Source: a virus
Taxonomy: Duplodnaviria; Caudoviricetes
Length of the DNA: 54,182 bases
IMG/VR virus record: IMGVR_UViG_3300048854_000076
Location: 1-54,182 of that record
Reading direction: 5' to 3' (one strand)
Shown piece after piece: positions 1 through 8,167 of the stretch. How positions within the stretch are numbered: position 1 is the first letter of the stretch; the number at the start of each line of letters is the position of its first letter. Under the pieces are notes generated by a model. The model was not told the DNA's origin and did no database searches. It saw only the letters and a program-made list of their open reading frames with translations. Both the position numbers and the translations under genes were made by a program.

Positions 1-7
1 CTGAATT

Positions 8-133
8 GTCTATCAGCCAGGGTACTTCTATGCCGTTGTTGATGACAATTCAGGTGCGCCGCCGACGTCGCTTCTGACGACCGTATCCAACGCCATTGAT
101 GCAGTGCGGCCCTTCACCAGCACGTTCGGTGTG
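8..133 (+). repeat. Terminal direct repeat copy 1 (126 bp, assembly circularity overlap)
   Basis: gtctatcagccaggg...acgttcggtgtg is identical to 54057-54182. Confidence 0.97.
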
Positions 134-418
134 TTCGCGCCTGTGATCGTGAACGCAAGCGTCGTGATGACAATCACCACCGCGACGGGTTACGTGCATT
201 CGACCGTAACCGCGCAGGTTCAGGCCGCGTTGCAATCGTACATCAACACTCTGCCGCTCGGCACGTCGCTCGCTTACTCGCGGCTTGCACAGGTGGCGTA
301 TGACGCGGCGCCCGGCGTCGTCACCAATGTGACCGGCGTCACGCTGAATGGCGGCACCGCAGACGTGGTCGCGACGAATCAGCAGGTCGTGAAATTCACC
401 ACTGTGACGGTGAACTGA
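8..418 (+). CDS. Baseplate J-like protein, C-terminal part (continues from 53334 across the circular junction; about 377 aa in total)
   Basis: In frame with the 53334 ORF through the repeat; VVDDNSG..AIDAVRP..YINTLPLG motifs. Confidence 0.9.
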   Translation, partial: VYQPGYFYAVVDDNSGAPPTSLLTTVSNAIDAVRPFTSTFGVFAPVIVNASVVMTITTATGYVHSTVTAQVQAALQSYINTLPLGTSLAYSRLAQVAYDAAPGVVTNVTGVTLNGGTADVVATNQQVVKFTTVTVN

Positions 419-1083
419 TGGCGACCGGCGACCGTAACGACATTTTGTCGCGCATTCAGGCGCTGCTCCCGCGCGGCTGGTTTGGCGACTCGCCGTCGAT
501 CCTCACGGCGTTGCTGACCGGCTTTGCGGCGATCTACGCGAGTCTGTACACCGTGCTTTCGTACGCGCGCCAGCAGATGCGCATCGCGACCGCGACGGAC
601 GGCTTTTTGGACGTAATCAGCGCTGACTTCTTCGGCGCCGCATTGCCGCGCAAGACGAACGAGAGCGACACCGCGTTCCGCAATCGCATCACGGTCAACC
701 TGTTCCGCGAGCGCGCGACGCGCAAGGCGATCATTCAGGTGCTCACGACGCTCACCGGCCGCGCGCCGACGATCGTTGAGCCTGAGCGACCGATGGACAC
801 GGGTGGCTACGGCATCCCGACGTCTGGCTACGGCGTGGCCGGTGCGTATGGATCGATGCTGCTCGCGTATCAGGCGTTCGTGACCGCGTATCGGCCAATC
901 GGCACCGGCATTCCTTACGTCGCTGGCTACGGCTCGTCGCCGTCTGGCTACAGCATCGCATCGCGCGGCGAGTACGCCGACCTGAGCATGGTTCTCACTC
1001 AAGTCACAGACGCGGACATCTACGCCGCCGTGGCTTCTGTTTTGCCGATAGCAACCATCGCTTGGATGAGAATTTCTTCGTAA
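418..1083 (+). CDS. Baseplate wedge protein (P2 gpI/Mu gp48-like)
   Basis: Lies between J and tail fibre; IATATDGFLD..DFFG..LPR..ESDTAFRNRI. Confidence 0.75.
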   Translation: MATGDRNDILSRIQALLPRGWFGDSPSILTALLTGFAAIYASLYTVLSYARQQMRIATATDGFLDVISADFFGAALPRKTNESDTAFRNRITVNLFRERATRKAIIQVLTTLTGRAPTIVEPERPMDTGGYGIPTSGYGVAGAYGSMLLAYQAFVTAYRPIGTGIPYVAGYGSSPSGYSIASRGEYADLSMVLTQVTDADIYAAVASVLPIATIAWMRISS

Positions 1084-1105
1084 TCCATACCCGAATCAGT
1101 CATCC

Positions 1106-1135
1106 AGCCCCGCCATCGAGCGGGGTTTTTCATTT
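1106..1135 (+). terminator. Intrinsic terminator
   Basis: agccccgc-catcga-gcggggtt followed by tttcattt. Confidence 0.7.
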
Positions 1136-1149
1136 CTGGAAACCAACAC

Positions 1150-2463
1150 ATGCGTCGTCAAACTGTTTACGCAGGCCAGGTGCCGCTCGAGACCGATCTG
1201 CTTTCGAGCAACAAGAACACGATGATTTCCATCGGCCACGTGCTGCAGGACATGCTCGGCACTGGCACGCTGTTCTCTGGTCTCGGCTGCGTGCCGACCG
1301 GTCCCGCCGGCATGACGGTGAACGTGAACCCGGGTCGCGCGTACTCGCTGCAATCGACGGACACGGGCGCTTACTCGTCGCTGGCGTCGGACCCCCATCC
1401 GATCGTCAAGCAAGGCATCCTGCTTGATCTGGTCAACTTCGCGTGCCCCGCGCCGACTACGGCAGGCTTCTCGATCAATTACCTGATCGAAGGCGCGTTC
1501 CAAGAGGTAGATGGGGGCAATGTTATTTTGCCTTATTACAATGCCGCCAATCCCGCGGTCGCCTTCAGCGGCCCGAACGGAACCGGCACGTCGAACACCA
1601 CGTATCGCGACAACACGGTTCAATTGCAACTTAAGCCGGGCGCAGCGGCCACGACTGGATCGCAAGTCACGCCGACGCCTGATAGCGGCTTTACTGGCTT
1701 GTGGGTTGTCACCGTGGCGTTCGGTCAGGTCACGATCACCGCCGGCAACATTACGCAATATGCGGGCGCGCCCTTCCTGTCCGCTCCGCTGCTTCAGCAG
1801 ATTCAATCCCCTATTCCTGGTCGACTACTCAAAACAACCGTCTACAACACAGCCGGAACCTTTACTTTCACGCCCCTTGCGGCATCTACTTCCTTCGAAG
1901 TAACGGCACTCGGGAGCGGAGGCGCTGGCGGCGGGAGCGTAGTTACCAATGCCAGTCAGATAAGTTTCGGCATTGGCGGGAATTCGGGTGCATATGGCCT
2001 TGGCCTATATACCGCGGCGCAGGTTGGGGTTTCGCAGACTGTGACGATCGGGGCACCCGGTGCGGGCGCAGCGGCCAATACCGGGGGCTCTGGGGGTTCG
2101 GTGAGTTTTGGCGCACTTTTGTCTGCCCCAGGAGGAGCCGGAGGCGCTTGTTTGGGGCCGACTGGCGCGCCCATTGTTTCTGGCGGCGCTGCCCCTGGCG
2201 TATGCACTGGCGGGATTATCAACGGTTCCGGGAATCGAAGTATCTCCGCAACTTTTACATCGCTCACCGTTGGCCTTTCTGGTCAAGGGGCAGGATCTCC
2301 GTTCGGTGCCGGTGGCGGTGCGATAAATGTATCCGGCGCAGGCTCTATCGCCCTTGGTTTCGGCTCAGGTGGTGGGGGTGCTGTTGCTCAGCCCAGCACT
2401 GCGGCAACGTCCGCGGGCGGTGTCGGGGCGGTAGGATTCGTCATGGTAAAGGAATACGCATGA
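1150..2463 (+). CDS. Tail fibre protein with C-terminal glycine-rich domain
   Basis: Position after the baseplate wedge; C-terminus has AGTFTFTP..GSGGAGGG..GFVMVKEYA glycine-rich pattern. Confidence 0.8.
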   Translation: MRRQTVYAGQVPLETDLLSSNKNTMISIGHVLQDMLGTGTLFSGLGCVPTGPAGMTVNVNPGRAYSLQSTDTGAYSSLASDPHPIVKQGILLDLVNFACPAPTTAGFSINYLIEGAFQEVDGGNVILPYYNAANPAVAFSGPNGTGTSNTTYRDNTVQLQLKPGAAATTGSQVTPTPDSGFTGLWVVTVAFGQVTITAGNITQYAGAPFLSAPLLQQIQSPIPGRLLKTTVYNTAGTFTFTPLAASTSFEVTALGSGGAGGGSVVTNASQISFGIGGNSGAYGLGLYTAAQVGVSQTVTIGAPGAGAAANTGGSGGSVSFGALLSAPGGAGGACLGPTGAPIVSGGAAPGVCTGGIINGSGNRSISATFTSLTVGLSGQGAGSPFGAGGGAINVSGAGSIALGFGSGGGGAVAQPSTAATSAGGVGAVGFVMVKEYA

Positions 2464-2963
2464 AAATTTATGCTTACGTGCAGGGCGACGGCGTCGCGGA
2501 GATTATCGCGCCAGCAACGTATCCGCATCCTGATCCGGCGGACATCGAGACATACGGACAGGAAGCCTATGACGCGCAGGCAGCGCGTGCCGGTCAGGAG
2601 ATTCCGATCACGGAGCGCTACACGCCAGAGTTTTGCGCGGCTTGTGTGAACGTGACAGATGTTAATCCCCAGCCACAAGTCGGATGGATTTATTCGGGGG
2701 CGACATTCGCACCCTACGTACCGCCGGCTCCCACACCAGCGCAGCTTCGCGCTGTCAATTCATCTATTCGGGACGGCCTGATGGCGGTGGCGAACGCTGC
2801 AACTGTCGGTATGGCCGATGCGTATGTTGCCGGTCTTCTCGATGCCAGCGATACGGCAATGTTCAAAGCGTGGGCCGCATACAAATTCGCGCTGTCTAAG
2901 GTGGACTTGACGGCAGCAAGTCCCGCTTGGCCGTCATCCCCGTCACTCTCATCGGCGACGTAG
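2460..2963 (+). CDS. Tail fibre assembly chaperone (Tfa-like)
   Basis: ATGA overlap with fibre gene; PQVGWIY and WAAYKFALSKVD..WP motifs. Confidence 0.8.
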   Translation: MKIYAYVQGDGVAEIIAPATYPHPDPADIETYGQEAYDAQAARAGQEIPITERYTPEFCAACVNVTDVNPQPQVGWIYSGATFAPYVPPAPTPAQLRAVNSSIRDGLMAVANAATVGMADAYVAGLLDASDTAMFKAWAAYKFALSKVDLTAASPAWPSSPSLSSAT

Positions 2964-4301
2964 AACAACAGTGTCCTGAAATAGTAGCGATCGGGGGTGG
3001 AATGAGACCACGTCGAACCACTGCTTTACGGCAGACTTGAGATTATCCAGGGTGTTGTACGTGGCCTTGTAATATGAGCTGAGGTCACTGCCGAGGGCGC
3101 TATCAGTGAGATGGTCGGCGATTCCTCGCACGGCGAGCTCATCGATAAGCGGGAGAGACCACTCATTGATGCCGGTCTGAAGAACATGAAATGGCGACAT
3201 GAAACTCAAGACGCAAACGCCACCAGCTTTCGTAACGCGGGCTAGCTCGGATAGCCATGCGTTACGTGTTGGCTCTTCGAGATGAGTTATGACCGACAAG
3301 CCATAAACGAGATCGAATAACGAGTCGTCATATGGCATTGGCGGCATAAGCGGAATTTGCTGGAATGCGGCGGCATCGGGAATATTTTCTAGGCACCAAG
3401 AGATGTTAACTTCGTCAATATCAACGCCGCTGAAAGTCCAGTATGGGCGGTCTGCACGAAGAAATTGGAGCACGCGCGCCGCGCCGCATCCCCAATCTAA
3501 AACTTTTGCAGATTGCGGAAATTTGGGAATTAGATCAATCAGGTGCAGGAGTTGTGTCGCGGCTGTAAGCCCACCAGATGCGAAGCGGACTAATGTGTCA
3601 TCGCCGCCCGCAACCCGGCGTGCTCTATCTGAGCCGGCAAACTTGAACATATCCATGTCTGACTTGCTTGGAATGACGCCGAAGGCCAAATCGTTACCCT
3701 GTGCTGGAGAATCCTGATTTGACGCATACACCAATCTGCGCTTTGGCCCTATCGTCGTGACGAACTTAGCGTGCAAAACTGATCCGTCGAGAAACCAGTA
3801 TCGGTCTCTTTTCTCTGCTATGGCGGCCTCTATCTCGGCGCTCACGACTTCGCCGTCGCAGTAGAGATCTGGTTGGCTTCCCGCACCAGGCGGCACGAAG
3901 AGTTCTCCTTGAAGGCTAACTTTCCCACCAGGTATATCAATGAGTACTGGGCGCCAATACGGTCCTGCAAATCTTTCGGTGCTGTCTATGAAGTCGTACG
4001 CGGCTTCAAGTCCTCTGCGATCTGTTGACGATAATTGCAGTTGATGCAATGAAGCCTCTGAATGAGCGTCTCTGATCTCGATTTCATCTCCGTCGAGCAG
4101 GCCGGGGCGCCGCAAGTGAAACACATAGGCATGCTTCCCCGAACCTATCCCAGCGTCCTCAAGGTCTTTGCGATAACGATTTGCTGTTGTTGCGGCGATC
4201 TGCCGACCATTCACAAGAAGCGCAAGGTGAACTGGCTGATCACCATTCACGCACCAACCAGCGATAAAACCAGATGTGATCTGGTCTAGATGAAATTGCA
4301 T
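2949..4301 (-). CDS. Class I SAM-dependent methyltransferase (moron), probably acting on surface polysaccharide
   Basis: VLDWGCG, GVDID and FDLVYGLSVITHL motifs; AAAGGA RBS before ATG 4301; visibly more AT-rich than flanks. Confidence 0.8.
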   Translation of the reverse strand: MQFHLDQITSGFIAGWCVNGDQPVHLALLVNGRQIAATTANRYRKDLEDAGIGSGKHAYVFHLRRPGLLDGDEIEIRDAHSEASLHQLQLSSTDRRGLEAAYDFIDSTERFAGPYWRPVLIDIPGGKVSLQGELFVPPGAGSQPDLYCDGEVVSAEIEAAIAEKRDRYWFLDGSVLHAKFVTTIGPKRRLVYASNQDSPAQGNDLAFGVIPSKSDMDMFKFAGSDRARRVAGGDDTLVRFASGGLTAATQLLHLIDLIPKFPQSAKVLDWGCGAARVLQFLRADRPYWTFSGVDIDEVNISWCLENIPDAAAFQQIPLMPPMPYDDSLFDLVYGLSVITHLEEPTRNAWLSELARVTKAGGVCVLSFMSPFHVLQTGINEWSLPLIDELAVRGIADHLTDSALGSDLSSYYKATYNTLDNLKSAVKQWFDVVSFHPRSLLFQDTVVLRRR

Positions 4302-4341
4302 GCGTGTTCCTTTTTTCGTTCTAGCGATACAGATGCTGCGC

Positions 4342-4350
4342 ATTGTAGCA
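4342..4350 (-). promoter_or_regulatory. Extended -10 promoter for the methyltransferase
   Basis: TG-C-TACAAT on the - strand, about 40 nt upstream of the ATG. Confidence 0.45.
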
Positions 4351-4397
4351 ATTTCATTTTGTAAATAGGCCCGAGTTGATTGAATGGGAAAAACGCA

Positions 4398-5168
4398 TCA
4401 AAACCGATATTTCACCACCAACACGTCTGCACCTTTCCAGATCGCCGGATAGTGATGGTCGTCGAAGCGCGAAGGTAGGAAATAATGTTGATAGGCAACC
4501 GTGAAATTTCCTCGACCGACCGACACGCCTATAACCTTTCCAAGTTGCAGAGCATGCGGCGTGTTGGCTTGAATCGTTGACGTAGCGACACCCGGGCCGG
4601 GTGCCCAATTGTAGATAGTCTCGTCCCAGCTCGGGCGATAGACGAATAGGCCACCTTCCGCGCCGAATCGCCAGCCGCGATATTTAAAGTACGGTTCGAG
4701 CGTCAGGCTCACGCCCTGCGCGTTACCGTTGCCGACGAAGTTCGCGTTCTCGACTGCGTAGAGATTCAAAATTTTGTGCTGCGGTACGGAATAGTTCTGA
4801 TCCATCGGCGTGCATTCGCACTGCGATGACACATGACCGAGACTCACGTAATCAACGTGCCAGTCAACGCCCCATGATTCGGCGGCATAGACGGGACCAG
4901 TAAGGCCAGCAGACAACACGGGTGCGCTTAGGCCGAGAGTGTGCTGCGCGCCGAGTTGGTACCACGTGTTGTCACCCTGTTTGTCGTACCAAGATACTCC
5001 GGCGCCGATCTCGAAGTGTACGTAATCGCTGATACCGTCAGCATGCGCGGTCGCGCTGCACCCGAGAAAGATGGCAAGAAGCGATACTATGATGGAATCC
5101 GATATGGACAAAAAAATACATGGCCCATGGTTAGCGGCGTACCTCGATTTGCTCTGATTGCGGTTCAT
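4398..5168 (-). CDS. Putative outer-membrane beta-barrel protein
   Basis: Signal-like LLAIFLGCSATAHA-D; alternating amphipathic strands rich in aromatics; C-terminal VVKYRF beta-signal; start codon uncertain. Confidence 0.65.
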   Translation of the reverse strand: MNRNQSKSRYAANHGPCIFLSISDSIIVSLLAIFLGCSATAHADGISDYVHFEIGAGVSWYDKQGDNTWYQLGAQHTLGLSAPVLSAGLTGPVYAAESWGVDWHVDYVSLGHVSSQCECTPMDQNYSVPQHKILNLYAVENANFVGNGNAQGVSLTLEPYFKYRGWRFGAEGGLFVYRPSWDETIYNWAPGPGVATSTIQANTPHALQLGKVIGVSVGRGNFTVAYQHYFLPSRFDDHHYPAIWKGADVLVVKYRF

Positions 5169-5180
5169 TTTCTGCTCCGT

Positions 5181-6095
5181 TTAGTTTGAATTCTGCTGAA
5201 CGATTGTCGAAAGAGTTGCTGCTTGTTGCTGTGCCTTGACTGACTGAATGTAGGCATCTGGATAAAAACCGGCGTTGAAGTGGCTCTTCCAGTTGGGTAA
5301 CGCCAAGATCTGCTTGTACTGCTGCACGAGCGGAACCTTCATTTGCGTCGCAACGTCGTCCATAGCGGCCACGTACTGGTCGAGTTGCGGATGGTTGTCA
5401 TCGCAGACCGGGTTCGGTTCTTCGAGCACAGGCAACTTGCCTGCCGCGCGCACTGCCGTTACCCATTGCACGAGCCACGCGTGATAGTCGTCGATGGTTT
5501 CGCCGCCGAGCGCGTCGTTCATCGCGTGGTTGTCGATCACGATTGACGCTGACGACGCCATGATGCGATGCGCGAAGGGTGCGCCGCTGCCGTCCATGCC
5601 TAGCATCTCGTTCTGCAGGCTGCTTGATGTACCGCCAGTCGCGTGGTTCGTGATCGTAACGCCATCGCCAAACTGCGCGCGGAGCAGGGCTTGCGTATCG
5701 TTCGGCTCCGTCTGATCGGTCGGGAAGCCCATCATCGACGTCATGCCGAACATTGCGTCGTCTCCGTAGACGTCGATCAGCACGACTTTCGACGGTGGCG
5801 CGACGACTGGCGGCACGGGTACGACTGGCGCTGACGCAACCGCGGGCGGCGCAGCAGGCATCGCTGGCGGCGCAGCGATTACCGGCGGGGCAGGTTGCTC
5901 GACAGGCGGCGCAACGGGCTGCTCAGCGACGACGGGCGCGGCAATAGCAGGAGCTTGCGCAACGGATGCCGCTGGCGCTATCGCGACGAGCGCCACAGAA
6001 GGCTTGGCCGCGACGACTGCGTCGGGCTTCCCCGGCGACTCACCGCCACAAGCAGCCAGCAGCACGCACAGCAACATAGCTAAAACGTATTTCAT
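5181..6095 (-). CDS. Lipoprotein with Pro/Ala linker and SGNH/GDSL-fold domain (catalytic residues degenerate)
   Basis: Lipobox LLAA-C; blocks VYGDD, NHATGGT, NHAMND, AGFYP. Confidence 0.75.
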   Translation of the reverse strand: MKYVLAMLLCVLLAACGGESPGKPDAVVAAKPSVALVAIAPAASVAQAPAIAAPVVAEQPVAPPVEQPAPPVIAAPPAMPAAPPAVASAPVVPVPPVVAPPSKVVLIDVYGDDAMFGMTSMMGFPTDQTEPNDTQALLRAQFGDGVTITNHATGGTSSSLQNEMLGMDGSGAPFAHRIMASSASIVIDNHAMNDALGGETIDDYHAWLVQWVTAVRAAGKLPVLEEPNPVCDDNHPQLDQYVAAMDDVATQMKVPLVQQYKQILALPNWKSHFNAGFYPDAYIQSVKAQQQAATLSTIVQQNSN

Positions 6096-6131
6096 TTTCT
6101 CCGCTCCTTGGTTGGTATCTCATCAAGACAT

Positions 6132-6160
6132 AGGATAGCTACAAGGTATCCGTAACGCAA
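6132..6160 (-). promoter_or_regulatory. Operator-containing sigma70 promoter (site A)
   Basis: TTGCGT-17-TATCCT on - strand; + strand reads GGATAg-ctacaag-GTATCC. Confidence 0.75.
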
Positions 6161-6199
6161 GTTTAATTTCATGTCCGCACGCGGCAACAGGAGACCCGA

Positions 6200-6613
6200 T
6201 TGAATTCTGATTTTTGGAACGAGGGCGTGAAATCGATCTTAACGGGACTCGGCAGCATCGGGACGTTATGGGTCGGCGGCCGTATGTGGCGGCAGATTGA
6301 CCGCAAGCGACAGGCTGAGAGCGTCGGCGACACGATCATCGCGGAGGCTGATGCAGAGAGTCAGGTCCGGTCTATTGGCAACTTTGAACGCCTGGCGACA
6401 CTGGCTGAAGAACGAGCTGGCCGAGCGGAAGCGCGCGAGTTGCTGGCGATTCAACGTGCCGACCGTGCCGAGGAATTGATGCGCGCGGCACAGCAGCGGG
6501 CCGACGATTCAGAGCGCCGCGCCAAGATCGCCGAAGCCGAAGTCGCAGAGCTCAAGGTGCGCATCGAGCGGCTTGAGGAAGCTATCAACAAGGGGGGATC
6601 ACCGAATGCGTAA
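6200..6613 (+). CDS. Membrane-anchored coiled-coil protein (lysis region)
   Basis: TTG start with GGAG RBS; one N-terminal hydrophobic segment then heptads. Confidence 0.6.
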   Translation: MNSDFWNEGVKSILTGLGSIGTLWVGGRMWRQIDRKRQAESVGDTIIAEADAESQVRSIGNFERLATLAEERAGRAEARELLAIQRADRAEELMRAAQQRADDSERRAKIAEAEVAELKVRIERLEEAINKGGSPNA

Positions 6614-7112
6614 CGTCACAGATTGGCGCTGGTGGGTTGTCGTTGTTTCGCTGACATCAGGCATGTTGGGCGTACTCGCGGTGGGATTTTTCCTTGGACA
6701 GCTAGGCATGTCGTCCGAGCGCTCGGAGTGGCAGACGGAGCGCGCTTCGTACATCAAACGGTTCCCGGAAGTGCGGGCGGAAACGATGCTCGCGTGCCAA
6801 AAGCAGTTCGCTGACAAGCTCGAAGATCAGGCGCTTATCAAGGGGATGGTGGGCGACATCCGCACGTACTTGACCGAGCGCGCCACGATCAGCGACAAGC
6901 GCAACGCGATCCTGCAGAAGCAAGCTAAGACGGCGGCCGTCGCGTCAGTCGATGCAAAGCATGCCGCCCAGCAGATCGACGAGAAGGTGAGCGCCGCTGT
7001 GGTCAAGGTCGATGCCGCGGCGAGTGGCGTCAAGTCGCTAGAGAAGAAGATAGATACAGCCGCATCCGCTCCCGCGCCGTCGACCTCATGGTTCGGCGGG
7101 CATCGTCACTGA
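6606..7112 (+). CDS. Single-TM helical protein, possible i-spanin or holin accessory
   Basis: N-terminal TM plus Ala/Lys-rich helix; directly upstream of endolysin. Confidence 0.55.
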   Translation: MRNVTDWRWWVVVVSLTSGMLGVLAVGFFLGQLGMSSERSEWQTERASYIKRFPEVRAETMLACQKQFADKLEDQALIKGMVGDIRTYLTERATISDKRNAILQKQAKTAAVASVDAKHAAQQIDEKVSAAVVKVDAAASGVKSLEKKIDTAASAPAPSTSWFGGHRH

Positions 7113-7130
7113 CATTTCATCGAGTCCAAC

Positions 7131-7595
7131 ATGCCAATTATCAACCATGCGGTTTCCGCAAATGGCGTCGCTCTGACGATGCAGTTCGAAGGGTGCGATC
7201 TCACTTCGTACCCTGATCCGGGGACGCGCGGCGCGCCGTACACATGCGGATACGGGCATACCGGCAAGGATGTCACGAAGGGCATGACCGTCACGCAAGC
7301 TCAAGCCGACGCATGGCTAAGGTCGGATCTGAATAGCGCGGCGTCGACGGTGAACGCATGCGTGAAAGTGCCCCTCACTCAGAACCAATTTGATGCGCTA
7401 TGCGACTTCGTTTTCAACGTGGGCGCGGGGAATTTCATCGCGTCGACGCTCCTGCGCCTGCTGAACGCTGGCAATTACGCCGATGCTGCCGTGCAATTCG
7501 ACCGTTGGAATCTTGCCGCTGGCAATGTCCTGCAGGGCCTTGTGAAGCGCCGGATCGCTGAGCGTCAGCTTTTCATGAAGCCTGACGGAGCATAG
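7131..7595 (+). CDS. Endolysin, GH24 lysozyme
   Basis: FEG..YPD..TCGYGHT triad; QNQFDAL.DFVFNVG; GLVKRR.AER.LF. Confidence 0.95.
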   Translation: MPIINHAVSANGVALTMQFEGCDLTSYPDPGTRGAPYTCGYGHTGKDVTKGMTVTQAQADAWLRSDLNSAASTVNACVKVPLTQNQFDALCDFVFNVGAGNFIASTLLRLLNAGNYADAAVQFDRWNLAAGNVLQGLVKRRIAERQLFMKPDGA

Positions 7596-7602
7596 CCGCC
7601 TG

Positions 7603-7680
7603 AAAAACAAAAGGGCGCCCTAAGGCGCCCTGCTCAGTCAACGCCGAAGCGGACTGAGACTCCAAGTCCCTGTCGGGAAC
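7603..7680 (-). ncRNA. Candidate ~80-nt small RNA
   Basis: On the - strand: TGTGATAAT extended -10, a C(UUCG)G hairpin, and a GC-rich terminator with U-tail. Confidence 0.45.
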
Positions 7681-7701
7681 GACAGAATTATCACATACGC
7701 A

Positions 7702-7724
7702 ACCGCCTCCGGGCGGTATTTTTT
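7702..7724 (+). terminator. Intrinsic terminator after endolysin
   Basis: accgcc-tccg-ggcggt followed by atttttt. Confidence 0.7.
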
Positions 7725-7744
7725 CGCCTACTGGAAACGCACGC

Positions 7745-8158
7745 ATGGCATCGAATCTGAAATACAGCGCTGCACTGAAGACATCGCAGCAGACGGCAGT
7801 TTCCACCGCAGCGGGAGCATCGGCCGTCCTGACGCTCTACAGCGGCAGTCAGCCTGCATCGCCTGACACCGCCGTCGGCGCTCAAGTGGCTCTCTCGACG
7901 CACACGTGCGCGGCAACATTCGGCACCGCTTCGGCTGGCGTGCTCACGGTCGGCGCGATTGGAAACGGTACGGGCACGGCTGGCGCTGGCGCGGGCACCG
8001 CGGCAACTTGGTATCGACTGACGACCTCGGGCGGAACGGCACTCGTTGACGGCACGGTCGGCACTTCGGGCTCCGACCTGAACCTCACCGGCACGACGAG
8101 CATCGCAACAGGCCAAACGGTGAGCATCACATCGTGGACGCTTTCGAACGCCAACTGA
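7745..8158 (+). CDS. Small beta-rich virion fibre subunit
   Basis: LTLYSGSQP, GTAATWYRL, DGTVGTSGSDLNL..TSIATGQTVSITS pattern typical of small phage structural proteins. Confidence 0.6.
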   Translation: MASNLKYSAALKTSQQTAVSTAAGASAVLTLYSGSQPASPDTAVGAQVALSTHTCAATFGTASAGVLTVGAIGNGTGTAGAGAGTAATWYRLTTSGGTALVDGTVGTSGSDLNLTGTTSIATGQTVSITSWTLSNAN

Positions 8159-8167
8159 TAGCGCGTA

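Noticed and set aside
1-7. First 7 nt (ctgaatt) differ from the sequence preceding the end repeat
   Set aside because: Too short to interpret; most likely an adaptor or assembly tip. It lies mid-gene, so it is not an att junction.
8-133. 126-bp end repeat as a biological terminal repeat
   Set aside because: It falls inside baseplate J and its length is typical of assembler k-mer overlap; it indicates circularity only.
1701-2459. 420-aa ORF 1701-2963 as a long overlapping gene
   Set aside because: Only the part from ATG 2460 looks like protein; the upstream part is an off-frame shadow of the glycine-rich fibre.
1150-2963. Diversity-generating retroelement or invertible tail-fibre cassette
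   Set aside because: No reverse transcriptase, invertase or template/variable repeat pair seen.
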